From: Octopus bimaculoides
Taxonomy: Eukaryota
Length of the DNA stretch: 59,544 bases
Direction: 5' to 3'
Assembly (NCBI RefSeq): GCF_001194135.2
Contig: NC_068983.1
Coordinates: 2,174,184-2,233,727, forward strand
The notes under the pieces were generated by a model that was not told the DNA's origin, ran no database searches, and saw only the letters and a list, made by a program, of their open reading frames with translations. A program made the translations under genes and the position numbers. Below are positions 35,790 through 48,920 of the stretch, one piece after another (the first letter of the stretch is position 1; every line of letters starts with the position of its first letter).

Positions 35790-36260
35790 ACTATAGAACT
35801 AAGACGATTAACAGTATCGACTGTTTTAAGAGCTTTACCTTTAACATACGCTCTGGGCATAACCTCAGAATTACAGCCAGGCTGCGGCTGAAAACGAAGC
35901 TCTGTCTTATCGTTTTTGTGCTTATGTTTAAACCAAAAGATTTGGCTGCTTCATCAAATTTATTGGCAACCTCTTGAATACCTTCAAGAGAAGGGCATGG
36001 AGTGCATAGACATGTATTTTCCAAGTCCTTCATAGTTTGAAACGAGATCTTCTTTGCTTTCGAAACATTTCTGATTGTAGATACCACCAGTGGAGCGATA
36101 TTCCAAATGGATGTCTTCTGTAATACCAACAGACATACTCAAGCATAATTGCGAAGAATAAGAGAAATAATACCGGTGCCAATACACTTCCTCGCTTTGT
36201 ACACTTTGTCACTTCAAAGGATTCTCATTTTAACCCCTATTTGAGAGGACAAAGGTTTTC
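35790..36260 (-). mobile_element. RTE-clade LINE reverse transcriptase fragment
   Basis: TKRGSVLAPVLFLLFFAIML (QGCVLAP motif), EDIHLEYRSTGGIYN, LEGIQEVANKFDEAAKSFGLNISTK, with frameshifts. Confidence 0.85.
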
Positions 36261-36393
36261 GTGCTCCAATATAAAATTATAATCATATGTACCACGTGTT
36301 CAGGTGCCCCAAGCTTTGCTAAGATCTACCACGGGGCCACACAAAGAACTGTGTCGAAAGCTATTGTGAGATAAAAAAAAATACAAGTTGTTA

Positions 36394-36621
36394 CAGGTGT
36401 GGCTTTCTGGTAAGAAGTTAACATTCCGTGGTCTCTGGTTCAGTCCCGCTATTTGTCATCTTGGACAAGTTTCTCCTACTAAAGCTACGGGGCCAACCAA
36501 AGTCTAGTGAATGGAATTGGTAGACAGAATGTTAAAGAGGATTTCGAATATATGTGTGCGTGTGTGTTGTATATGTGTGTTTGTGTATATATATGCGGTG
36601 TATATATATATATATGTATGT

Positions 36622-36707
<86 letters not shown>

Positions 36708-37446
36708 NNNNNNNNNNNNNNNNNNNNNNNNNNNNNNNNNNNNNNNNNNNNNNNNNNNNNNNNNNNNNNNNNNNNNNNNNNNNNNNNNNNNNNNNNNNNN
36801 NNNNNNNNNNNNNNNNNNNNNNNNNNNNNNNNNNNNNNNNNNNNNNNNNNNNNNNNNNNNNNNNNNNNNNNNNNNNNNNNNNNNNNNNNNNNNNNNNNNN
36901 NNNNNNNNNNNNNNNNNNNNNNNNNNNNNNNNNNNNNNNNNNNNNNNNNNNNNNNNNNNNNNNNNNNNNNNNNNNNNNNNNNNNNNNNNNNNNNNNNNNN
37001 NNNNNNNNNNNNNNNNNNNNNNNNNNNNNNNNNNNNNNNNNNNNNNNNNNNNNNNNNNNNNNNNNNNNNNNNNNNNNNNNNNNNNNNNNNNNNNNNNNNN
37101 NNNNNNNNNNNNNNNNNNNNNNNNNNNNNNNNNNNNNNNNNNNNNNNNNNNNNNNNNNNNNNNNNNNNNNNNNNNNNNNNNNNNNNNNNNNNNNNNNNNN
37201 NNNNNNNNNNNNNNNNNNNNNNNNNNNNNNNNNNNNNNNNNNNNNNNNNNNNNNNNNNNNNNNNNNNNNNNNNNNNNNNNNNNNNNNNNNNNNNNNNNNN
37301 NNNNNNNNNNNNNNNNNNNNNNNNNNNNNNNNNNNNNNNNNNNNNNNNNNNNNNNNNNNNNNNNNNNNNNNNNNNNNNNNNNNNNNNNNNNNNNNNNNNN
37401 NNNNNNNNNNNNNNNNNNNNNNNNNNNNNNNNNNNNNNNNNNNNNN

Positions 37447-37479
<33 letters not shown>

Positions 37480-37480
37480 T

Positions 37481-37512
<32 letters not shown>

Positions 37513-37743
37513 AGAGAGAGAGATAGAGTGTGTTTGTGTGTGCGTGTGTGCAGTCCCCGCCACCACCACTTCGTAACCGGTATTGGTTTGCTTACGTCCC
37601 CGTAACCTAGCATTTCAGCAAAAAGGGACGATAGATTAAGCACCAGGATCTAAAAATGAGTATTAGGGTCGATTTGTTTGATTAAACCCTTCAGCGTGGT
37701 GCTCCAGCATGGTCGCAGTCCAATGACTGAAACAAATGAAAGA
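36394..37743 (+). mobile_element. SINE family B (tRNA head, CORE-like CTTGGxCAAGT, internal microsatellite), spanning gap 36708-37446
   Basis: Head GTGTGGCT..GGTAAGAAG..GGTTCAGTCCC; tail GTGCTCCAGCATGGTCGCAGTCCAATGACTGAAAC. Confidence 0.8.
36708..37446. other. Assembly gap (N)
   Basis: N run within the SINE microsatellite. Confidence 1.
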
Positions 37744-37971
37744 AACACGTTCTTATCTTGTTCACGTATATCTTTTTCCTGCTCCTATCGCAACCTGAAT
37801 ATTATGTCCATTGTCACCCGACCAGACTCGAATGTGCGCTGGCTTCCACGATAAACAGGGATGAGTTCATGCTTACTTTAATTAAGATCATTTTAAAAAC
37901 AATTTTAACCGCAATCCAAAGCACTGAGATACCGCCTAATTATCACAACCAATATCATTGCCTCATATATA

Positions 37972-38654
37972 NNNNNNNNNNNNNNNNNNNNNNNNNNNNN
38001 NNNNNNNNNNNNNNNNNNNNNNNNNNNNNNNNNNNNNNNNNNNNNNNNNNNNNNNNNNNNNNNNNNNNNNNNNNNNNNNNNNNNNNNNNNNNNNNNNNNN
38101 NNNNNNNNNNNNNNNNNNNNNNNNNNNNNNNNNNNNNNNNNNNNNNNNNNNNNNNNNNNNNNNNNNNNNNNNNNNNNNNNNNNNNNNNNNNNNNNNNNNN
38201 NNNNNNNNNNNNNNNNNNNNNNNNNNNNNNNNNNNNNNNNNNNNNNNNNNNNNNNNNNNNNNNNNNNNNNNNNNNNNNNNNNNNNNNNNNNNNNNNNNNN
38301 NNNNNNNNNNNNNNNNNNNNNNNNNNNNNNNNNNNNNNNNNNNNNNNNNNNNNNNNNNNNNNNNNNNNNNNNNNNNNNNNNNNNNNNNNNNNNNNNNNNN
38401 NNNNNNNNNNNNNNNNNNNNNNNNNNNNNNNNNNNNNNNNNNNNNNNNNNNNNNNNNNNNNNNNNNNNNNNNNNNNNNNNNNNNNNNNNNNNNNNNNNNN
38501 NNNNNNNNNNNNNNNNNNNNNNNNNNNNNNNNNNNNNNNNNNNNNNNNNNNNNNNNNNNNNNNNNNNNNNNNNNNNNNNNNNNNNNNNNNNNNNNNNNNN
38601 NNNNNNNNNNNNNNNNNNNNNNNNNNNNNNNNNNNNNNNNNNNNNNNNNNNNNN
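37972..38654. other. Assembly gap (N)
   Basis: N run. Confidence 1.
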
Positions 38655-38869
38655 CATATATACATACATACATACATGCATACATACATACATACATACA
38701 TACATACATACATACATACATACATACATACATACATACGTAGATACACTAAAATGGAAAAGTATAAAAAAAAGACAGAAATACGTCGAGTGAGATTCGT
38801 TCAAGTGAGAGAAGCAGTAATTAAATGGAGAGGTGTTCAGTGATGGAGCGGCATCGTGGGGGACGACAG

Positions 38870-39030
38870 TTCGCTTGAAATGGGTTTGTCAACTGGAAGA
38901 ATTTTGAGAACTGTACGTAAAAATTCCTGAATAATCTTGCCACCTGTTGTGAAGATTCTGAGATTTATTTTCATCTCAATGATATCAATAATATTCGATA
39001 TGCCATTGCGCAAAGAGGTAGAAAGAAATA
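38870..39030 (+). mobile_element. Possible hAT (ZMYM1/TTF-type) transposase remnant
   Basis: FA*NGFVNWKNFENC..H resembles the GFxNWK motif. The match is short and weak. Confidence 0.25.
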
Positions 39031-40154
39031 GCAAATATTCTGTTTTGGAGTATAACACGAACGCACGGCACGCATATACGGCACACATATACAAACGTGC
39101 GTACTCACATACATAGAGACATAATCACACACACATGCACTCACACACACATACATATATATGTGTACGTATGTGCATGTGTGTGTGTGTGTGAAGAAAG
39201 AAGGAAAAATAGATTGATAGATAGATAGATAGATAGATAGATAGGTAGATAGATAGATATTGATATATACATATGTGTGTGAATATATTTTTTATACAAT
39301 GATATATATGTACATATGTATATATATGTATGTATGTATGCATATATATATATATATATATATAAATAGTGAGAGAGAGAGAGAGAGAGAGAGAGATGTA
39401 TGCATATACATAGATGTGTATATATGTGTGTGTATATTTTCGAAAATATTCGACGTTCAACTTCTATTTTAGCTCAGCTTTCCATTTCGTTTACGTTATT
39501 ACGCCCCAGGTTTCATAACTCACGTTAGAACAGGTTTTAGCGAAATAATTTGAATGTGACTGAAGTCGCAGCTAAAAGTTAACTTGGATCTTAAATATTA
39601 AGCTAGTTTTATGGTGCTTAATTATTGTGGCAGACAATGGCAACGGCAGACATTGTTGTCTCTCTAACTGAAAATTCTTACATTTCAAATATACTCAACT
39701 ACATGATGAAAGCAAAATCCTTTGTTATCTCCACGCAAAGAAATACAAACGTTAAATTTTCATATATAATCTTGAGCCAATGGATCACAAACTGGAAACT
39801 GGGAGAAACTACAACGAACAGATGGAGAAGTAAATGTTTGTTACGGAAATCAAATGCGATATTTTCATTTCATTCAAACCAGTCATGTATATTAATCTAA
39901 GACTTAGGAAAAAGTTATTTTTACATGTTCTACATGAGACTAGATACGACAATCCTACATCCAACACCTAACTAAAATGCAAGCAAAAGGTTTATAATCA
40001 TAATTGGGGCGGCAGCATTTGTATTAGCTGAAGAAATATGCTTTATATAGACATTTCCCTCCTTTAATGTACACCCACGTGGTACATCATAACCAACACA
40101 AGCCTGAAGTTTCATCGCTAAAAACAGATTAAGATATATTTTGCTTTATTCTCT

Positions 40155-40371
40155 GACAGAGTTTCAACACGTCGGACAAAATACTAGGCGGCATTTCTTT
40201 CGGGTCTTTATGCACTGAATACATATTTCATCGAAGTCGTCGACTTAGACCTTCAACCGTTCCGGATCGATAAAATAAAGTGACGTACATGGGTTCATGA
40301 TATCGACTGCCGCCTTCACTCGAAACGAGTAACCTTCTTCCAAAATTTGAAAACCATTATTGGCAACGTCG
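40155..40371 (+). mobile_element. SINE family A, old degenerate copy
   Basis: Collinear remnants of head, GTCGACTT..CCTT..GATCGATAAAATAA module and CCAAAATTTGAAAACCATTATT tail. Confidence 0.65.
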
Positions 40372-43344
40372 TCTGTTTGACCGAGTAGTTATGAAACTTA
40401 TGGTAACGGGCGAATACATCAAACAAATTTTAATTTTACTCTGTATCGTGTATTGAGTAGTCATATTACTTTTATTTCTTGTAAGAAACAATATCCACTT
40501 GCCCTCAATGTAAAACAATGTAAAGAAATGATACCACAAGATAAAATAACAAAAAATAACACACAATAATCGGCATCAGGACATCGTCAAGGACCATTTG
40601 TTCAAATCAACCAACAGAGAAATCTTAGAAGGTACAGATAAGTATGACATGAAAGGCATACTTCTTCCTGTGAATTTTCAGCGGACAGCAAAATATTTGA
40701 GAAGGTAAGAGAGAATCAGCGATAGAGTTAATGATAAAACTTGATACAACACGAATCTGTAATGCCCTGAGCAAACGAAATAATAGAAGAAAGTAGAAAT
40801 AGAAAACTTATCAACACTTGCCATAATTTAGAATATATCCATAAATGTTGCCAGGGCCTTCCTTGCACTGATTCAAACACGTTTCATTGCTTCAGAAAAT
40901 CTTTCAAGAACATTCTGTTACCGCAATATATTGTTAGCGAAAGCTTAGAAATCTAACTTCCGCCAAAAATTATAATCACCACGCAAATACATAAACACTT
41001 CACAAACAATCCAACACCAGCTAATCACAAAACCGGATTGGAATGTCCTGGAGTAAATAAAAAAGATGCCTGCCAAAAGAAGAGTATTCTGAAGAGAGAT
41101 AGAGTCAGTAGAATGTAAAGGCATGCATCGAGTTTCTCTAAAATACCAGAAATGTAAATGCAGGCAGCAAATGAAAGTGTACAAATATATGAAGTTTTTC
41201 CCGTCTTTCGAAATACCCTCGAAATGGAGATGAGAGCCACGAAATAAAGAAATAATTGTTACAAGCACAAATATATACAACGATAGCAGTAGACACTTTC
41301 AACGATACCAGTCGAAGAGCTGAAAATTCTGAGTCTATTCGTGATGCATCTGAAAGAAGAAGGAATGAAAATCATAGACTTAACGCCTTCAAGTCAAGAG
41401 TTACAAACTTTCAGGCCTATTGCTGTACTAATGAATTATGCATTGCAAATTGGCTGAGGCTAAAATTTCCGTACGGAAATTAAAGCTAAATCCCAAATTT
41501 AGAGCGTCTTTCACATTCCTTAAAACAGATATATTCTTACGGGTACTACGTGACACAAAGGGGCTATCGGCAATTTGTCTAAGTTCGCACAGAGACTATG
41601 AGATGCATTAGAGCAAAGCTTATCCGCTTGACTGACGATTGGCCTTCGAGAAACTTCATGAAATCACAGCTGTCACCAAACAAATGAATCTATATACACA
41701 GTAAAGTATGTTTAGCGTACCTTTTGTTTTAGTATACACAAGTAAGTAGCATTCATTGTCGGAACTCGCGCAATTTTTCTCAACTGATAAATAGACCAGT
41801 TGAGAAAACCTATCAGCAACGTGACTATAATGACTACTGGAAACAGTTGTAAGCCAAATTTACTCTAATAAAGAAAGATGAATGGTGACCATGATTTATA
41901 CCTTGTCCTGATATATATANNNNNNNNNNNNNNNNNNNNNNNNNNNNNNNNNNNNNNNNNNNNNNNNNNNNNNNNNNNNNNNNNNNNNNNNNNNNNNNNN
42001 NNNNNNNNNNNNTATATATATATATATATATGCTTTGTATTGCATAGACTACATTATATTGGCACAGCTCAATGCAACCCTTAAAAACTGCTACTGCCAG
42101 TTGATATAATTAAGCTGCAACCGGCATAATAAAACAGGAACTTTTATGTATGTATGTATGTATGTATACGTGTCGATTTGTACGTATGTAGGTACTTAAG
42201 CTCGCTGGTGTCTGGGTCGAAGTGTTGAAAGAAGTGGGATGGATGAGAACCCTGTGCATACACGATTTAGAAATAGTAATTATAATAATTGATTGCCGAA
42301 TATTTGACATTTACTATTTATTACTAAACTCTATTTCTCTATTAAAACGTAGCGTCATGTATCCCTCGTCATGTGGTGTATAAATATATACATGTGACTG
42401 TGTCTGTATGTGGCGTTTATGGATGCATAAACATGTGTATGTGATTTTTTATGGATGTATATGTGTGAAGTCATGAATATGTACGGTGTTCGTTTGTGTA
42501 GAAGTATGTGAGTGTCGCCGTGTGTGTGGGCGCTTGTGTATGACTGTGGCGTGTGTTACTGTATGAGTGTGTGTACTGTGGAATGTGTGTACGTACGAGG
42601 TTATGTGTGCTTCGTAAAAATGATTGAGTGTTAATGTGTTATTGATTGTGACAGTGACAAGACTAAACATTGCTCCAGCAGTTATGACAGTCTTAAACAA
42701 TAGAGTTGAGTTTAATATTATTTTTTTATTTTATGGCATGTATTTCTGTGTCTAGCCACCTGTCAGTCACGTGTTGTTAGGCATCTACCTAGTAAAACTA
42801 TCAAATGTTTTAATAAATAACAACACTAGAAAATGGTGTATGAAACAAGATTTAGTCTGCAGGATCTGAAAGATTGTTCAGCCACAGCTAATGCTGCTCG
42901 TTGAATGTAAAAGCGGGGGTGGGGAAGAGGTAGTGACTTGGAATAAAGTTTGTTTTAATGATTTCAGGTGTCCTATGTATGTAAGTAGATTTCGCAGGTT
43001 TGTTTCAATGAAACAATGGATATTCAAATGTAAGACAATTTAGTTAACAAATACACAGTTGTATGGTTTCAAGTTTAAATCTTCTGTCGGTTCCTTGGGC
43101 AAACTTTGGCTTCACTCACGCCAAATTGAGTGAAGTATTGTTTTATCGTCTATATATTTTGCTATTAGACTCAACTATTCGCTCAGTGAAACACGATCAC
43201 AGCGTCCTTAGATCCTTTAAGAGGAGTAAGTTATATCCAGACAGGATATAATTTCATGCGATAAAGTTTTCGAGACTCCGAAAAGAGTAATCTCCCCTTT
43301 GACAATCATACAAAAGTAAAACATGTAAATGTATATTTTACTTC

Positions 43345-43740
43345 GTTTATTTTTTCAGTCATTGGATTGCGCCATGCTGGAGCAACAGTTTGAAGGGTGT
43401 TCGTCAAACAAATCGACCCGAGTATTTATTTTCTATCTGGTTCTTATTCTGTTAGGCTCTATCGCTGGGATACAGAGATGAAAACAAACCAGTATCGGCT
43501 GCTAAGCAGGAGTAGAGAAAAAAAGACAAATACACAAACATATACATATGCGCACAAATATACATGCACACACACATACACACATATGCGCGTACACAGA
43601 CACATATCTGTGTGTGGGGGTGTACTAATATGATGGACTTCCACTCAGATTTCGTCTCCCAAATTCGCACAAGTCATCGGTTAGTCCATCGCTATAGAAG
43701 AAGGAACTGGCCCTATATGCTGCGCAGTGCAATTGAAACA
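43345..43740 (-). mobile_element. SINE family B, degenerate full-length copy
   Basis: Reverse-complement tail TTCAGTCATTGG..CCATGCTGGAGCA, CA-rich middle, reverse-complement head ..CTATAGAAGAAG..GCGCAGTG..TGAA. Confidence 0.7.
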
Positions 43741-44096
43741 CACACACACACACACATATATATATTCTTTCATTCTATTATTCTTTTACTGGTTTCAGTC
43801 ATGCTGGAGCAGCACTTTTAGTCTATTTGGAAAACTAGTTTATTGCAATAATTTCGTATTCGACTGTATCTATACAGATGCGTCCACCATCTATATCAGT
43901 CATGGGCAACCTGCCGCCCGCGAAGCTTTCTCAATGGCTCGCCTAAATCAGAAAGGAAAAATATTCGCCATAGTCAGACAACCGTGTAATTTTCAACGAG
44001 CCTCAGACTCGATCTACGACAATCTAAATAATCAAGAGCGTTACAATTAGTATCTCTACTCTGGACACTAACTCAACGAAAGAAAAGTATTGATTT

Positions 44097-44290
44097 ATTT
44101 TCTTCTATAAGCACAAGGCCTGAAATTTGGAGGAGGGGACTAGTCGATTACATCGACCTCCAGTGTTTCACTGGTACTTAATTTATCGACCCTGAAAGGG
44201 CGGATTTTGAACTCAGAACGTAGCAGCAGACGAAATACTGCTAGTCATTTCGCCCGGCGTGCTAACAATTCTGCCAGCTCACCGCCTTAA
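44097..44290 (-). mobile_element. SINE family A nested in the hAT 5' region
   Basis: Reverse complement: GGCGGTGAGCTGGCAGAATTGTTAGCACGCCGGGCGAAATG..GAGTTCAAAATCCGCC..GGGTCGATAAATTAAGTACCAG..GGCCTTGTGC, with an internal deletion. Confidence 0.9.
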
Positions 44291-44463
44291 AAGCATTGAT
44301 TTAATGTTCAATTTCTGGTTCTACTGCTTATAACGATTTGTGATAATTCAGCGCCTGTAAACACACGTGGTATTCGTGTAACGTCAAGCAGGATTAACGG
44401 AATTTTCAAATATGAGTGCAAAGTGCTGTATTTTTTAAATCTAAATTTTTGATGTCAAAGCTA

Positions 44464-46182
44464 ATGGCTTCATCCAAAAAAAAGAAAGATTTCTGAGGAA
44501 GTGAGAAGATTCTGGGAAAAGTGGACAAATAGTTATTTAGTTGTTGAAGTAAAAAATAAACCAAAGTCTTTGTTATGTTTTGAATTTATCTCCGCTTTTA
44601 AAGAATTTAATATCAAGCGGTATTACATTTAGAAACATCTGGGATACGATAAATTCAAAGGAGACGTTAGACAGTAAAAAAACAGTTGAAACCCTCAAGA
44701 AACGGAGCGGCAGTTTAAATGCGCTCTTTTCCAAAAAGCAAACCGTACTAAAAGAAATCGTACATGCTAGCTATGTTTCTAGTGAAAAAGTGGCAAAACA
44801 TTCAAAATATTATTCCGACGGTGAATTCGTAAAAGAATGTCTTTTGTCAGTGGCTGAAATTCTGTGTCCGGAAAATGTTAGGTATGTTTGACAAGATAAG
44901 TTTGTCTCGGAGGACAATTATAAGACGAGTTAAGGAAATTGCAGCAGATATCGAGGATATGCTGACAGGAGAAAAAAAAAAGATTTTGACTTTTTCTTCA
45001 TTGGCTATCGACGAAAGCTCGGACATATCCGATTCGACTCAAATGGAAATTTTCATACGTGTTATTGATAAGTCATTTAATATCACCGAAGAATTGCTTA
45101 GTGTTCAGGCAATGAAAGACACAGTTACAGGATTTGAAATGTATGAAGAAGTGAAGAAAGCAGTCTGGAAGTTGAATCTCCCGCTTGAACGACTCGTCAG
45201 TGTGGCAACAGTAACTTTGCAACGATCCATTGCATAAAGCACCAAGAAAATTTATGTGCAGTCTCTAGAATTTGAGAATGTTTTGCGTATGGTTGTCTCA
45301 ACCATCAATTTTATAAAATTCTAAGCACTTAACCATCATCAGTTTGAAGAGTTCTTAGAAGACTTCAATCAGAACTTGGTGACCTTGTTTACTACCGTGC
45401 AGTTTGTAGGCTAAGTAAAGAGAAGATGCTTGAACGATTTTATTACCCGAGAGAAGATATATGTACCTTCTTAGAGAAGAAAGGTAAATTTGTTCCCGAG
45501 CTGAAAAATGATAACTGGATTTGTGACCTTGCATTCCTCGTGGATATAACTACACATTTAAAGGATTTAAATTTAAAGGATTTAAATTTAAAATTTAAAA
45601 AGCAAAATAGGGTTAATTCGTGAGATGTATTCTCATGTCAAAGCTTTCCAGACAAAACCTTTAAATTTGGTAGAATCAACTCAGGACTGGTGAGGCTTTC
45701 CACTTCCCCACTAACCCCTTTTACGGGTCAACATCTACATATGATGGTTTTGCTGTGGCGCTAAATGACCTGAAAAAAAAGAACTGAACACCAGATTTAA
45801 TAACTTCAGAGCTACAGAAGCGAATTTTAATCTTTTCGGAAATCTCTTTACCGCTGATGTTGAAAAAGTTCGAAAGGAACTGCAGATGGATTTAATTGAG
45901 CCTCAGAGTGATGAATATTTTCGGCATTTTTATGGAAGTCAGCCATGAGAAAACTACCCGAAATTAGTGTGCTTTGCTAGAAGACATGCCACCATGTTTG
46001 GTAAAACGTATAAATACGAACAACTCTTTTCCAGAATAAAAATAATAAAGTCGAAAACCAGGTCAAGATTCATTGATATTCATCTGGAAGACAAATTACG
46101 AGTTGCAACATCACAAATTCCTGTAAATATTGAGAAACTCATGGAAAATGTACAATACCAGGTTTCTCATCAAAATTTGTGA
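44464..46182 (+). pseudogene. hAT transposase pseudogene (Buster/SPIN group)
   Basis: Frameshifted frames give SDGEFVKECLLSVAEILCPE..ISLSRRTI..LAIDESSDISDSTQMEIFIR..EELL..W.CDLAFLVDITTHL..LNL..YEQLFSRIKIIKSKTRSR..HLE..LRVATS. The second catalytic D region after VSVAT is deleted, and there is a 15-bp tandem duplication at about 45561-45590. Confidence 0.92.
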
Positions 46183-47299
46183 GTAAATTATTCCTATTAA
46201 CATCAATAGAGGTGCTGGAGTGAGAGAGGCAAGGGTGTTTATAAATGATAGGAAAGCTTGGACAGTGTTTGTGGATGGATGAGTGAATTTGATGTTACTA
46301 AAAGAGGGACGGAACCAGCATGATGCGGCGGGAGTAAACCAGCTTATGCTGTCGGGCCCCACTGCAGGTATTGAGGGTTGCGTTCTATGCCTGGACCCGA
46401 GCATAGAACGAGGCTCGCCCCTTTCAGCTGGGAAATGAATGGAATGCCTGATGTGTGTCTTGTTGTGGCTACCCCCTCCTAAAAAAAAACGCGGAATATG
46501 CCTGGGTATATATATATATATATGTGTGTGTGTGTATATGTAACAAATGGATAGTAAATACGATCTTACTTGTCTGTATTTTGTTAAGTAGTGTTTTAGT
46601 CGTTCTGTGTAGCTTTCCTCGTCTATGCGAATGTCTTTCTTTTGATTTCGGGTTGTTTTCAGGTGAAATTAATTTAGTTTTCAATTTCTTCTCTTTTTTT
46701 CTTTTTTAGTTTCATTTCTATAATCATAGATAAGGCACATATAATTTTCGTTTTTTAAAAGTTGCTTATTTACATTTTTTAAGCATTTTCCTCAACTACC
46801 ATAGCATAAAACAGTTCGACTAAACCACACACATAACAATGATTAAGTACGATATTTTTTGAATTTTGCAACTTTTCGTTGAACATAAGGTTTCCAATAT
46901 TTTCAATATTGGCGGGTATTTACATGTTTTGCTTCAAAAACAAACGTTCATAATAATTCTTTTCTCCGGGGAATGACTTTTGGCGTTAATTTACATATCA
47001 GAATAATAAAATCTAGATTAAATAAAAGTGAAATCTTTCTGATTTTTTTACTCAAACTTTTCAGTCGTGATTTGTCTTTCTATCATTTATACGATCAAGG
47101 AAAACAATGTCCATGAATTCTGAAGGAACAAATCAAAGCAACCTGAGTTACTGCTCCATTTATTCTTAATGTGGGCACAAATGTAAATCAGCGCTTGCGG
47201 TCCGGGTAATGAAGAGTCATATTTCATGAGGCCCGCTTCTCGAAAAAGTTGCTCATACCTGATGTATATACTATCAATTTATCTATCAATGTATCAATT

Positions 47300-47326
47300 T
47301 ATTATATATATAAATATATATATATA

Positions 47327-47418
<92 letters not shown>

Positions 47419-47487
47419 TATAAATATATAAATAGAAACGAATTTATATGTTTATTTATTGTATATATATATATATATATATATATT
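47300..47487. repeat. Long (TA)n microsatellite
   Basis: Directly visible. Confidence 0.97.
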
Positions 47488-47492
47488 AATAT

Positions 47493-47790
47493 GGGTGCAG
47501 GAGTGGCTGTGTGGTAAGAAACTGGCCCCTATCCGCATGCCTCTCGGTTCAGTCCAACTGCGTGACAACTTGGGCAAGTGTCTTCTACAAAGCGTCCGTC
47601 CGACCAAACACCTGTGAGTGTATTTGGTAGATGGAAACTGGAAGAAGCCTGTCGTATATGCGTGTGTGTGCTTGTGTGTGTGTGTGTGTGTGTGCCTTTC
47701 TGTCTGTGTTTGCCCCCCCCTCCCCACCATTTCCTAACCGTTACTCGTCTGTTTATATCCCCGTAAACCAGCGGTTCGGCAAAACTGATC
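47493..47790 (+). mobile_element. SINE family B, 3'-truncated
   Basis: GGTGCAGGAGTGGCTGTGTGGTAAG..GGTTCAGTCC..CTTGGGCAAGTGTCTTCTAC..(TG)n..CCCCGTAA..GCGGTTCGGCAAAA. Confidence 0.85.
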
Positions 47791-47906
47791 AATATATGTA
47801 TGTAAGTAATCATGCATGTATCTATCTACCTGTCTATCAATCTAGCTATCTCACCATCTACACACACGCACACATATGTATATATCCATATATATATATA
47901 TATATA

Positions 47907-48471
47907 NNNNNNNNNNNNNNNNNNNNNNNNNNNNNNNNNNNNNNNNNNNNNNNNNNNNNNNNNNNNNNNNNNNNNNNNNNNNNNNNNNNNNNNNNNNNNN
48001 NNNNNNNNNNNNNNNNNNNNNNNNNNNNNNNNNNNNNNNNNNNNNNNNNNNNNNNNNNNNNNNNNNNNNNNNNNNNNNNNNNNNNNNNNNNNNNNNNNNN
48101 NNNNNNNNNNNNNNNNNNNNNNNNNNNNNNNNNNNNNNNNNNNNNNNNNNNNNNNNNNNNNNNNNNNNNNNNNNNNNNNNNNNNNNNNNNNNNNNNNNNN
48201 NNNNNNNNNNNNNNNNNNNNNNNNNNNNNNNNNNNNNNNNNNNNNNNNNNNNNNNNNNNNNNNNNNNNNNNNNNNNNNNNNNNNNNNNNNNNNNNNNNNN
48301 NNNNNNNNNNNNNNNNNNNNNNNNNNNNNNNNNNNNNNNNNNNNNNNNNNNNNNNNNNNNNNNNNNNNNNNNNNNNNNNNNNNNNNNNNNNNNNNNNNNN
48401 NNNNNNNNNNNNNNNNNNNNNNNNNNNNNNNNNNNNNNNNNNNNNNNNNNNNNNNNNNNNNNNNNNNNNNN
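47907..48471. other. Assembly gap (N)
   Basis: N run. Confidence 1.
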
Positions 48472-48629
48472 TATATATATATATATATATCTTTTTCCTT
48501 TGATATAATTTGGCTTTGTTTGGCTGCCAGCATTTTCACAACTGTTCTCCCTAATATTTCTTCTAAAGAAATTAAGAAAGAGACTTTAAAAGACATTTTA
48601 TCCTTCTCTAAGTTGTACCCTTTGCACAG

Positions 48630-48920
48630 CTTTGTGGCTGAGAAGCTTGCCTTGCTATCACGTGGTTTGGGGTTAAGTTCTAGTGAACAATACTTTCGGC
48701 AAGTGTTTTCTACTACAACTCCTGGTCGACCAATGCCTTGTGGCTGAAATCTGGTCGACAGAAAGTCTGTGGAACCCTATAACAATGCGTTTCGGCAAAA
48801 GAGATCGATAATATCCGTTGCAGACTTTAAAAAAAACATACGGGCGTCGATTTGTTCGACCAAGATAATTCACAGCGTTGCTTCAGCATGGCTCATTCCA
48901 GTAACTGGAATCTGTAAAGT
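48630..48920 (+). mobile_element. SINE family B, degenerate, lacking the internal microsatellite
   Basis: GGCAAGTGTTTTCTACT..GTTTCGGCAAAAGAGATCGATA..GTCGATTTGTTCGAC..GCTTCAGCATGG. Confidence 0.7.

Larger units (their letters stand above)
43897..47261 (+). mobile_element. Full-length decayed hAT transposon (Buster/SPIN/GTF2IRD2-like) with TIRs and 8-bp TSD
   Basis: 5' TIR CAGTCATGGGCAACCT (43897) and 3' TIR AAGTTGCTCATACCTG (ends 47261), 12/16 match. Flanks ATCTATAT (43889-43896) and ATGTATAT (47262-47269) match 7/8 with a central TA. Confidence 0.8.

Noticed and set aside
40660-40710. 23-nt AG/GT-bounded mini-exon (40682-40704)
   Set aside because: It is not frame-preserving, has a weak pyrimidine tract and has no neighbouring exons.
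41256-41483. YCCTNELC as a Ly6/three-finger C-terminus
   Set aside because: It lacks the terminal CN and the upstream cysteines.
46190-46330. WTVFVDG..AAGV as an RNase H start
   Set aside because: A stop follows DG and the downstream catalytic E/D motifs are absent.
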